A DNA stretch of 32,000 bases. It comes from Raphidiopsis brookii D9. GTDB lineage: Bacteria > Cyanobacteriota > Cyanobacteriia > Cyanobacteriales > Nostocaceae. The translations under genes and the position numbers were made by a program. Shown here piece by piece: positions 18,813-27,695 of the stretch (position 1 is its first letter; each line of letters opens with the position of its first letter). Under the pieces are notes generated by a model, which worked only from the letters and a program-made list of their open reading frames with translations, was not told the DNA's origin and did no database searches. Where the stretch lies: NCBI GenBank assembly GCA_000175855.1, contig ACYB01000042.1, positions 30,001-62,000 of the forward strand, read 5' to 3'.

Positions 18813-20130
18813 ATGAAACGAGTTCTCATTGTAACTCCGCACTTTCCGCCTATTAACGCACCTGACCATCAGAGAGTGCGGATGTCACTACCATACTTTA
18901 AAGAATTTGGCTGGGAACCCCATATCCTTACAGTCAAACCAGAATTTGTTATAGGTGTCAATGACCCATTACTAGTTAAAACCATCCCCAGTCACACATC
19001 CGTTACATACGCCCAAGCTTTACCATTTCAAAAAACTAAACTAATTGGCATAGGTAGTTTAGGACTCAGGTGTTTTCCTTTCTTACTAAAAACAGGTAAT
19101 CAACTTCTCAAACAAAATAAAATTTGACTTGATTTACTTTTCCACCACAGTATTTATTGTCATGGCTTTAGGTCGTATATGGCATGATAAATTTAATATA
19201 CCCTATGTCTTAGATTTTCAAGACCCCTGGTTAAGTGATTACTATGAAAAATCTGGAGTAACCCCACCGGGGGGAAATTAAAGTATAAATTCTCTCAATT
19301 ACAGGCAAAAATTTTAGAGCCTGTAGCCATGAGTAAAGTGAGCCATATAGTCAGTGTATCCCCAGAGTACCCAAACAGCTTACGGCAGCCATATCCATAC
19401 CTCAAGCCAGAGCAATTTACTGTTTTACCTTTTGGTGCACCAACAGTTGATTTTGAGCAACTTCCCGATTTAAATATTCACAATCGGATATTTAACTGCC
19501 AAGATGGTAAACGCCATTGGGTTTATGTTGGCGTAGTCGGTAATATTATGTCATTGGCATTGCGAATTCTCTTTTTGGGAATTCAATCACACCGTCGCCA
19601 ACACCCAGAAACTTGGCAATCTGTTAAGCTTCACTTTGTTGGTACTAGCTATGCAACTGATAACCGAGCTGTCAAAACGGTAGAACCGATGGCCCGGGAA
19701 TTTGGAGTTGATGATTTAGTAGAAGAATACACCCAAAGAATTCCCTATTTTGAAGCCTTACAAACTTTAGTAGATAGTGATGGTGTGTTATTAATTGGTT
19801 CCGATGATCCCAGTTATACAGCTTCCAAACTATACCCTTGTGTTTTGGCCAGAAAACCAATTTTAGCCATCTTCCATGAAAAAAGTTCCGTGGTCAATAT
19901 TCTTAAGCAGTGCCAAGGAGGTGAATGTGTTACTTTTAACTCTACTATTCAACCTCAAAATTTACTGGAGGATATATTGAAAAAATTAAAACTGGCTAAT
20001 TTCGCTACCAAAAGCCTATGAACCGCAAACTGACTGGTCAGCTTTTAAACCTTATACTGCTAGGGAAATGACTGGTAAGCAATGCCATATTTTTCATAAC
20101 ATCCTGACCGTAGCAGATTCTACATCTTAG
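18813..20130 (+). pseudogene. Glycosyltransferase-like gene with three frameshifts
   Basis: Four collinear pieces are present. Piece 1 is MKRVLIVTPHFPPINAPDHQRVRMSLPYFKEFGWEPHILTV...LLKQNK. Piece 2 is FDLIYFSTTVFIVMALGRIWHDKFNIPYVLDFQDPWLSDYYEKSGVTPPGG. Piece 3 is KLKYKFSQLQAKILEPVAMSKVSHIVSVSPEY...ILKKL. Piece 4 is NWLISLPKAYEPQTDWSAFKPYTAREMTGKQCHIFHNILTVADSTS*. The junctions lie at A4T3 (19119-19125), G6A3 (19269-19277) and A4 (19988-19991). Confidence 0.75.
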
Positions 20131-20153
20131 TGTTCTGGTAATAAGTATTTCTT

Positions 20154-21350
20154 ATGAATCAGCCACGTAAATACCGCCTAGGTATCCTAGTTACCCACCC
20201 TATTCAATATTATGTTCCTTGGTATCAAGCTCTCGCCGCTCACCCAGAAATTGCACTGACGGTTTATTACTGCTACCAGCAAACCGCCCAGGGACAAGCA
20301 GCAGCAGGGTTTGGGGTAGCTTTTGATTGGGATATTCCCTTATTGCAGGGTTACAATTACCAGTTTCTGGTCAATCAATCATCTACCCCCAATGTGTTTG
20401 ATTTCTGGGGATGTGATACACCGGAAATTAGCCAAATTATTAAGATAGGTAAATTTGATGCCTTTATAGTCCATGGGTGGTATACCAAAAGTTATTGGCA
20501 AGCTATCTTAGCTTGTTGGCAAAGTCAAACCCCTTTATTTGTCCGGGGTGATTCCCATCTGCTCACTGAGCGTTCTTCGATCAAAGTCTGGTTGAAATAT
20601 CTATTTTACCGGTGGTTTATTCCCAAGTTTACCCGCTATTTAGCGGTGGGACGACGGGCTGAAGAATATTATCTATATTATGGCGCTGAGGCGACTAAAA
20701 TAGTTTTTTGTCCCCATGCGGTGGATAATGAGTTCTTTGCTAGTCACGCTCTGGCTCTGTCTGGGGAACGGAGTAAGATTCGTCAAGATTGGGGTATACC
20801 AGAAAATGCCTTAGTATTCCTATTTGTAGGTAAGTTTATCCCTAAAAAACGCCCTGGTGATTTTCTAGGGGCGATCGCTCAAGCTAGCCAAAAATCTGCC
20901 CATATTTGGGGGTTGATGGTGGGGGATGGGGAGTTACGCCCAGAAATGCTAAATACAGCCCAATCCCAGCAACTAAACATGACATTCGCCGGATTCCTCA
21001 ATCAAACTGAGTTACCCCGTGCCTATACTGCTGCTGATGTGTTAGTCTTGCCTTCAGATGGGGGAGAAACCTGGGGCTTAGTTGTCAATGAAGCTATGGC
21101 CAGTGGCTTACCCGCTATTGTCAGCGATCGCGTGGGTTGTAGTCCAGATTTAGTCATCCCTGGAAAAACTGGGGAAATTTTCTCCTGTGGGGATGTAGCA
21201 GCTTTAGCACAGATTTTACAACGCTTTGCCGATCATCCCGGTGATGTAGCAACCATGGGTAATGCAGCTAAGAGCTTAATTGCTGATTATTCTATTTCCC
21301 AAGCAGTAGGGGGTACGATGACCGCAGTCAAGAGTTTACTTAGCAGTTAG
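20154..21350 (+). CDS. GT4 glycosyltransferase
   Basis: LFVGKFIPKKRPGDFL and EX7E (ETWGLVVNEAMASGLPAIVSDRVGCSPDLV). A sampled line gave about 53% GC, which is high for this window. Confidence 0.9.
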   Translation: MNQPRKYRLGILVTHPIQYYVPWYQALAAHPEIALTVYYCYQQTAQGQAAAGFGVAFDWDIPLLQGYNYQFLVNQSSTPNVFDFWGCDTPEISQIIKIGKFDAFIVHGWYTKSYWQAILACWQSQTPLFVRGDSHLLTERSSIKVWLKYLFYRWFIPKFTRYLAVGRRAEEYYLYYGAEATKIVFCPHAVDNEFFASHALALSGERSKIRQDWGIPENALVFLFVGKFIPKKRPGDFLGAIAQASQKSAHIWGLMVGDGELRPEMLNTAQSQQLNMTFAGFLNQTELPRAYTAADVLVLPSDGGETWGLVVNEAMASGLPAIVSDRVGCSPDLVIPGKTGEIFSCGDVAALAQILQRFADHPGDVATMGNAAKSLIADYSISQAVGGTMTAVKSLLSS

Positions 21351-21377
21351 TCAAAATCTAAAACTACCAGATAAACC

Positions 21378-21566
21378 ATGCAAAATCCCCATGTGTCCGT
21401 TGTGGAAAAACTGCAATGGTGTGATCAACACCGGGAAGAATTAGCAGCTATGGTGCACAGAGTATACCAAGATTTTCAACCCCGAGATTGGGCTGAAGTC
21501 GCCAAAGATTTCACTAAAATTGTTAGAGACTGTTTAAATCAAAATTCAGATCATCAGGAAAAGTAA
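21378..21566 (+). CDS. Small hypothetical protein (62 aa), possibly a relic
   Basis: The ORF is wedged between a GT4 gene and the Wzy-like gene, and its stop lies 4 nt before the next ATG. I recognise no family. Confidence 0.3.
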   Translation: MQNPHVSVVEKLQWCDQHREELAAMVHRVYQDFQPRDWAEVAKDFTKIVRDCLNQNSDHQEK

Positions 21567-21570
21567 TAGC

Positions 21571-22941
21571 ATGGAAGACCGCTCTGAGTTAATTATCTGG
21601 CTGGTAATTTGGGTAGTTGTATTCGCCTTCACATTGCTTAGTCAATGGAACCAGAAACTTCCGAGTTCAGGGTTGCCACTTGCCTATATACTGTCTTTGT
21701 CCATGATTCATTTTTTCGGAGGACTCATTTACGCTTTCCCATGGTACACGCCTAAAAGTGCCTACCTACTGCAGGGAGGAGGCACTTACACTCAAGTCCT
21801 TGAAGGCTTTATTCAAAGCCTATATGGTATCCTCGGCTTTAGTGTGGGTAGTACCATCTTAACTTATTGGCTACTGCACCTTTGGCAACCCCATTGGCTT
21901 TGGGGAAATCCCCAGGAACCAGATTTGCAATTACCACGAGGGCTATTTGCAGTATCCTTATTATTCTTCCTCATTGTTACCCCTGCTATTGGGAGAATTC
22001 CTGGGTTTCAAGGCTTCTCTACATCAGGGGTATATTTATTCGTTGTTTCCCTATGTTTATCCTGTTGGAGTAACCTACAGCAAAAAAATGTCAGGGGTTT
22101 TTTTGGATGGCTAGCAGTTAGTTTTTCTTTGCCTGTAGTGACCATTTTCACTCAGGGGTTTATTGGTTATGGTGCATCTGCTACCTTAGCAGTTCTGATT
22201 TTTATTTCCAGTTTTTATCGTCCCCGTTGGCAAGTTTTAGTAGCTGGGATTTTAGCGTTTGTCTTCGGTCTATCTGTCTATGTAACTTATATGAGAGATC
22301 GGTCAGAAATTCGCACTAGTGTATGGGGGGGAGAGTCTTCACAGTCAAGATTGGAAAAAATTACAAAAACTTTCAGTAATTTTGAAATTATCAGCCCTTT
22401 TAATCAGTCACACTTAGAAGCAATTGATATTAGACTCAATCAAAATGTGTTAGTAGGTAAAGGTGTGGAATATATTAGGAGTGGCCAGCAAAATTTTGCC
22501 CTAGGTGCAACCATTTTACAAGGTCTACTTGCACCCATTCCTAGGATATTATGGAGGGATAAATTCACATTTGGTGGTAGCGGTAATATAGTTTCTTTGT
22601 ATACTGGTCAGAAGTTCGGTTACGGTACAAGTGTAGGAGTGGGACAGGTTTTAGAGTTCTATATAAATTTCGGCTCCATAGGGGTTTTTATTGGCTTTTT
22701 GATCTTGGGAGTCATCATCAGAATTGTTGATATCCTAGCCAGTCATAATTTATTCTCTGGAAATTGGCTAGGATTTGTTTTCTGGTTCCTACCTGGTTTA
22801 GTTGCTATTCAGCCTGGGGGCGCGTTAGCGGAGATTACGGCTAGCATGGCATCTAGTTTGGTGTTAATGATAATCATAAGAAGATTGCTCGGGAAAAAGT
22901 CCTCAGGTACGAGGGTGTTGAATAGTATGACTCAAGAATAG
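21571..22941 (+). CDS. Polytopic membrane protein, putative repeat-unit polymerase (Wzy-like)
   Basis: It has about 10-11 hydrophobic segments and a large hydrophilic loop (RDRSEIRTSVWGGESSQSRLEKITKTF...). PIPRILWRDKFTFGG and LEFYINFGSIGVFIGFLILG resemble the conserved PRxlwPxKP and ExyxNFGxxG blocks of oligosaccharide repeat-unit polymerases. It lies in a Wzc locus. Confidence 0.55.
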   Translation: MEDRSELIIWLVIWVVVFAFTLLSQWNQKLPSSGLPLAYILSLSMIHFFGGLIYAFPWYTPKSAYLLQGGGTYTQVLEGFIQSLYGILGFSVGSTILTYWLLHLWQPHWLWGNPQEPDLQLPRGLFAVSLLFFLIVTPAIGRIPGFQGFSTSGVYLFVVSLCLSCWSNLQQKNVRGFFGWLAVSFSLPVVTIFTQGFIGYGASATLAVLIFISSFYRPRWQVLVAGILAFVFGLSVYVTYMRDRSEIRTSVWGGESSQSRLEKITKTFSNFEIISPFNQSHLEAIDIRLNQNVLVGKGVEYIRSGQQNFALGATILQGLLAPIPRILWRDKFTFGGSGNIVSLYTGQKFGYGTSVGVGQVLEFYINFGSIGVFIGFLILGVIIRIVDILASHNLFSGNWLGFVFWFLPGLVAIQPGGALAEITASMASSLVLMIIIRRLLGKKSSGTRVLNSMTQE

Positions 22942-23036
22942 TTGGCTGTTTAGCACTTATGATTTTAATTACAGCCATACCGAATTAACACAAGTTAGCC
23001 ATTATATTTTTTAACTGGAATTAACTCAGAAACTTA

Positions 23037-24179
23037 ATGTCAGAAACTTTTAGCAATCATCGCCGCTTCCATCTATGGATACCCAATTTATTTGAAATTA
23101 AAGGGGGTATCCGAACTTATTCCGGTTTTTTCCTAGAAGCCTTGCAAAATATTTACCCTGATGCCAACTATGAGATATTTATCAAACACGACACAAAACC
23201 GCAACCAGATTTTACCCCCCTAGCCAAAACCAAATTCCACTGCAGTGGCATGGTGCCATTTTCCCTAAGAACGCCAGCTTTTGCTGCCCAATTGCTGCTT
23301 GGGGCTATCCTCAACCTTCCTGATTTAATTATTGCCACCCACCTCAATTTTACCCCCGTTGCTTATCAACTCAAACGTCTTTTAGGTATTCCTTACTGGA
23401 CAGTTGCTCATGGCGTAGATGCTTGGAATATTGACAACCCTAAGTTACAACAAGCTTTACACCATTGCGATCGCATTTTACCTGTGAGTCACTATACAGC
23501 AAATAGAATAATAAAAGAACAAAATTTGAATCCTGAAAGAATCTCCATTCTCCATAATACATTTGACCGCAGTCAGTTTCAACCAGCAATTAAACCAGCC
23601 TATTTATTAACTCGCCATCACCTCACAGCAGAGCAACCGATAATTTTAACAGTGGGGAGATTATCAGCGTCGGAACAGTATAAGGGCTATGACCAAATTA
23701 TCCCAGCCATGGTCAAAATTCGCTCAGTAATTCCCAATGTTCATTACATGATTGTGGGTAAGGGAGATGATCAACCCAGGATTGAGCAGTTAATCACCCA
23801 GTTAAAATTACAAAATTGTGTTACTTTAGGGGTTTTGTTCCCGAAGGCGAGCTGTGCGACTATTATAATCTTTGTGATGTATTTGCCATGCCCAGTAAAG
23901 GAGAGGGGTTTTGGGATAGTTTACCTAGAGGCTTTGGCTTGCGGTAAACCCGTAGTGGGGGGTAATCAAGATGCTGCCATTGATGCTTTATGTCATGGTA
24001 AACTGGGGGCGTTGGTTGACCCCAATGATATAGATGACATTGCTAAAACTATAGTTTCAATTCTTAAACGTAGCTACGACCACGATTTAATGTATCAACC
24101 ATTAGCTTTGCGGCAAGCAACTATTGATGCTTTTGGTTTTGAACGGTTTCAGAAAACCCTAGCTGGGTATTTGCAGTAG
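23037..24179 (+). CDS. GT4 glycosyltransferase whose conserved core is read out of frame between two compensating 1-nt indels
   Basis: The ORF is intact, but 23829-23912 encodes the non-conserved VLFPKASCATIIIFVMYLPCPVKERGF. The -1 frame of the same DNA reads GFVPEGELCDYYNLCDVFAMPSKGEGF, which is the canonical GT4 block leading into the EX7E motif (EGFGIVYLEALACGKPVVGG). Confidence 0.8.
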   Translation: MSETFSNHRRFHLWIPNLFEIKGGIRTYSGFFLEALQNIYPDANYEIFIKHDTKPQPDFTPLAKTKFHCSGMVPFSLRTPAFAAQLLLGAILNLPDLIIATHLNFTPVAYQLKRLLGIPYWTVAHGVDAWNIDNPKLQQALHHCDRILPVSHYTANRIIKEQNLNPERISILHNTFDRSQFQPAIKPAYLLTRHHLTAEQPIILTVGRLSASEQYKGYDQIIPAMVKIRSVIPNVHYMIVGKGDDQPRIEQLITQLKLQNCVTLGVLFPKASCATIIIFVMYLPCPVKERGFGIVYLEALACGKPVVGGNQDAAIDALCHGKLGALVDPNDIDDIAKTIVSILKRSYDHDLMYQPLALRQATIDAFGFERFQKTLAGYLQ

Positions 24180-24188
24180 CTCGGTGAA

Positions 24189-24214
24189 AGTCGGTTTTCA
24201 ACCGACTGGTTTTA
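24189..24214 (+). terminator. Candidate intrinsic terminator
   Basis: A perfect 8-bp stem pairs AGTCGGTT (24189-24196) with AACCGACT (24200-24207) around a 3-nt loop. GGTTTTAATT follows. It begins 10 nt after the stop at 24177-24179. Confidence 0.4.
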
Positions 24215-24373
24215 ATTCATCATCCTTGGGGAATCAAATGTTTACAGCATCAAATAAAACGAGGGTTTAGTGAAGGCGAAAACTTTGATGTGAGATACTG
24301 GGGAGTCAAGGAATTATTAACCTGCTTTACCAATCAAATTGGTGATTCCAAAATATCAATAGAAAGTATTTAG
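24209..24373 (+). pseudogene. Orphan fragment resembling the C-terminal part of a SAM methyltransferase
   Basis: The open frame reads VLIHHPWGIKCLQHQIKRGFSEGENFDVRYWGVKELLTCFTNQIGDSKISIESI*. The xFDVRYWxxxELxxxFxxxIG pattern is recalled from methyltransferase C-termini. There is no start codon and no SAM-binding domain. Confidence 0.3.
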
Positions 24374-24434
24374 TATATAGGGAATTTATCCTCTATATAA
24401 AATCTGTTAATTTAAACCAAAGCTAATTACTGAT

Positions 24435-26219
24435 ATGTGCGGAATTGCGGGTATTACCAAAATAAATACCAATAATGGTAATTTAGAAGCAAAAATCGAA
24501 AAGATGCAAACTGCACTAAACCATCGTGGTCCAGATGATGCAGGTATTTATATTTCAACTGACAAACAAGCGGCTTTAGCTCATACCCGACTGTCAATTA
24601 TTGACCTAACAGCTGCTGGACATCAACCCATGTCCACCCCAGATCACCGCTATCATATTACATTTAATGGGGAAATTTATAACTTTCAGCAATTACGGAA
24701 ACAGCTGATTTCCCAGGGGGAAACATTCCATTCCCAAACAGATACAGAAGTAATTCTTAAACTCTATCAAAAAATTGGTTTCGATTGTGTCCAGCATTTA
24801 CGAGGAATGTTTGCCTTTGCCATTTGGGATGACTTGGAAAAAACTTGTTTTTTAGCTCGTGACCCTTTAGGAATTAAACCACTTTATTATTGCCAATTAG
24901 GTACAACTTTAGTATTTGCTTCCGAACTCAGAGCAGTTTTAGCATCTGGTTTACCTCAAGTTAACATATCATTACCAGGATTATATGGTTATTTAACCAC
25001 TGGTTCTGTACCGGAACCACATACATTAATTGCTGATATCCATTGTTTAGGGGCGGGTAATTGGCTATATTGGCAAGGGGGGAACACCACTAAAAAACAG
25101 TATTGGCAACTGAACTTTACTCCCCAAGCAATTTCCCTAGGGGAAGCCCAAGAAATAGTACATACAGCTTTACTAGATTCCATCAACCATCATTTTATTA
25201 GTGATGTCCCTGTGGGGATTTTCCTGAGTGGGGGTATTGACTCTACTAGTGTTCTGACTTTAGCTACCCAAACCCAAACCTCACAAATATCTACCTATTC
25301 CATCACTTTTGCGGAATCGCCATACAATGAAGGGGAATTAGCCCAAAAAATTGCCCATCACTTTGGCGCTGATCATACAGAATACCAAGTTACAGCATCC
25401 TTTGCTAAAAATATCTTGCCAAAGTTTCTCAGAGCCATTGATCAGCCCAGTATTGATGGTTTTAACACCTTTTGTGTTTCTCAATTAGCTCGTGAACAGG
25501 GGATGAAGGTGGTATTATCTGGGTTAGGTGGAGATGAAATTTTTGGCGGATACCAATCATTTCAAAAAATCCCCCAGATGGTAGCATGGGGTAAAAAGTT
25601 ACACGCCTTACCTTTCACAAGCTTAGGTGTTGCTTTAGCAGGTTGGGGAAATTCACCCAAAATCAAACGCTTAGGAGACTTTTTGAGTCACACTCCCACC
25701 TTTGCTAGTGCTTATCGCAGTTTCCGAGGAATTTTTTCTCACACTGAATCTTGTAGAATTATTGAGCATCTCCTGGGAACAAAGTTTAATGATCAAGAGC
25801 AGTTAGATAATTTAGATAATTATTTTACCCCAGAGGATCAAGTGAGTTTTCTAGAAATCACTGGTTATATGCGTAATCAATTACTGAGAGACAGCGATGT
25901 AATGAGTATGAATTGGGGTTTAGAATTACGAGTACCCTTAGTAGATCAAGCTCTCATAGCAGCAGTAGCACCAATTCCGAGCCACATCCGACTCCAAGCG
26001 GGGAAAAAACTGTTAGTAGATGGGGTGGGTCAAATACCTGACTGGGTGGTAAATCTTCCCAAGAAAGGCTTTCATTTTCCTTTTGAAAGTTGGATGGATG
26101 ATGACTTTGGAGATTATTTTCAAAATCTCAATATACCGGATAACATCAACCTCAAACCTTGGTATCGGCGTTGGAGTTTAGCGATATTAAGGTATTGGTT
26201 AGAGGAGATAAAAAAATAG
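24435..26219 (+). CDS. Asparagine synthase (glutamine-hydrolysing) family amidotransferase, AsnB-like
   Basis: MCGIAGI provides the N-terminal nucleophile Cys2 of class II glutamine amidotransferases. FLSGGIDSTS is the PP-loop ATP pyrophosphatase motif. The size is 594 aa. Confidence 0.9.
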   Translation: MCGIAGITKINTNNGNLEAKIEKMQTALNHRGPDDAGIYISTDKQAALAHTRLSIIDLTAAGHQPMSTPDHRYHITFNGEIYNFQQLRKQLISQGETFHSQTDTEVILKLYQKIGFDCVQHLRGMFAFAIWDDLEKTCFLARDPLGIKPLYYCQLGTTLVFASELRAVLASGLPQVNISLPGLYGYLTTGSVPEPHTLIADIHCLGAGNWLYWQGGNTTKKQYWQLNFTPQAISLGEAQEIVHTALLDSINHHFISDVPVGIFLSGGIDSTSVLTLATQTQTSQISTYSITFAESPYNEGELAQKIAHHFGADHTEYQVTASFAKNILPKFLRAIDQPSIDGFNTFCVSQLAREQGMKVVLSGLGGDEIFGGYQSFQKIPQMVAWGKKLHALPFTSLGVALAGWGNSPKIKRLGDFLSHTPTFASAYRSFRGIFSHTESCRIIEHLLGTKFNDQEQLDNLDNYFTPEDQVSFLEITGYMRNQLLRDSDVMSMNWGLELRVPLVDQALIAAVAPIPSHIRLQAGKKLLVDGVGQIPDWVVNLPKKGFHFPFESWMDDDFGDYFQNLNIPDNINLKPWYRRWSLAILRYWLEEIKK

Positions 26220-26252
26220 AAAGTCCTCCATGTAATACCCTCCGTTGCACCT

Positions 26253-27395
26253 GTGCGCGGTGGACCAAGTGAAGCAGTGTTGAAAATGGTTCAAGCATTA
26301 AATGCTATTGGTGTTGAGACGGAAATTGCCACTACTAACGATAATGGTAGTCAGTTACTCGATTTCCCTTTGGGGAAATGTATAGATTACCATCAGGTTC
26401 CTACCCGGTTTTTCTCTCGCTTTTCTCCCCCCATTCACTCACTGCGGGAGTTCGCATTTTCCCTAGGTTTGACTAATTGGTTATGGCACAATATTCAAAG
26501 CTATGATTTATTACATGTTCATGCCATTTTTTCCTATGCTTCCACCGCAGCTATGACTATAGCTCGCTTACAAAAGATTCCCTATATTATTCGCCCTATA
26601 GGTCAACTATGTACATGGTCTTTAGAGCAAAGTGCCCTGAGAAAGCAGCTATATCTGAAATTTTTTGAAAGAGCTAATATTAACTATAGCCACAAAATTC
26701 ACTTTACTACTCCCGCTGAACAACAAGAAGCTGCACATTTAAACTTAAGTTGTGCTAGTTTTGTTTTACCTCTTGGCATTTCTATTGCTCCAAAAATTGC
26801 TCATGCCCGTCAAAATCTACGGCGACACTTCAATTTACCAGCAGAGGAACCAATTATTTTATTTTTGTCCCGCTTACATCTTAAAAAAGGTTTAGATTAC
26901 CTCATCCCAGCTCTGGGTAAATTATCTAATCACCGCTTTACCTTTGTGTTAGCAGGTGACGGTACTCCAGAATATGAACGTTACTTAAAATCCCTGATTA
27001 CTAATCATGGCCTGGAAAAAAAATCACATTTTACTGGTTTTGTCAAGGGTGAGTTCAAGGATTTATTAATTCAGGGTGCTGATTTATTTACTCTCACCTC
27101 TCACTCAGAAAACTTTGGTGTGGCAGTTTTAGAAGCTCTAGCTGGGGGTGTTCCAGTGCTGGTTACTCCCGGGGTAGCTTTAGCGGATGTCATTACACAG
27201 CAACAACTGGGCTACGTTTCCGCTTTAGATGTAAATGCGATCGCCTCTACCATAGAACAGATTCTCAGTCATCCTGAGCAAATGAGAGAAATGGGCGATC
27301 GCGCTCGACAGTTTATAATCAATAATTACAGATGGGATACCATAGCAGGGAAAATGGTTTCTGTATATCAAAACATAACTTCAAGGTACTTATAA
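26253..27395 (+). CDS. GT4 glycosyltransferase with a lost or displaced start codon
   Basis: EX7E is present (ENFGVAVLEALAGGVPVLVTPG). The conserved N-terminal strand KVLHVIPSVAP is encoded in frame at 26220-26252, immediately after the asnB-like TAG, with no ATG. The tracked start is GTG 26253. Confidence 0.8.
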   Translation: MRGGPSEAVLKMVQALNAIGVETEIATTNDNGSQLLDFPLGKCIDYHQVPTRFFSRFSPPIHSLREFAFSLGLTNWLWHNIQSYDLLHVHAIFSYASTAAMTIARLQKIPYIIRPIGQLCTWSLEQSALRKQLYLKFFERANINYSHKIHFTTPAEQQEAAHLNLSCASFVLPLGISIAPKIAHARQNLRRHFNLPAEEPIILFLSRLHLKKGLDYLIPALGKLSNHRFTFVLAGDGTPEYERYLKSLITNHGLEKKSHFTGFVKGEFKDLLIQGADLFTLTSHSENFGVAVLEALAGGVPVLVTPGVALADVITQQQLGYVSALDVNAIASTIEQILSHPEQMREMGDRARQFIINNYRWDTIAGKMVSVYQNITSRYL

Positions 27396-27434
27396 AATGT
27401 CCAATAAAAACGAATATTTCTACACCAATACTGA

Positions 27435-27665
27435 CAGCGGACACCTTATCATGGTTATTTGAAAAACCTAGCCCTGGCTATTTCTGGAAAAATGGATAAA
27501 CATTTCACTGCTCTGTGGGATGGTGGACATATTAAGTTTTTTTCTGTCGTAACAATGAAAAGCTTGCTGATTTCAGAGGGATATGAAGATATAAAGTTTA
27601 AATTTGCTGGAAGAATACCCTATTTGTGGAAATCAATGTTGTGTTCTGCCAAATTGATTAAATAA
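27435..27665 (+). pseudogene. C-terminal fragment of a class I SAM methyltransferase
   Basis: TPYHGYLKNLALAISGKMDKHFTALWDGGHIKFFSVVTMKSLLISEGYEDIKFKFAGRIPYLWKSMLCSAKLIK* has the typical GHIxFFxxxxLxxLLxxxGF...RxPxLWKSM tail. The SAM-binding domain is absent. A short ATG ORF (27397-27462, MSNKNEYFYTNTDSGHLIMVI*) precedes it in another frame. Confidence 0.45.
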
Positions 27666-27695
27666 TGAATACCTTTCACTAATATCATACACATT

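Noticed and set aside
26217-26219. Possible programmed TAG read-through fusing the AsnB-like protein to the downstream GT4 (the two are now in the same frame)
   Set aside because: The in-frame arrangement is explained more simply by a 1-nt insertion in an ancestral ATGA overlap. No read-through context or precedent is known to me for such a fusion.
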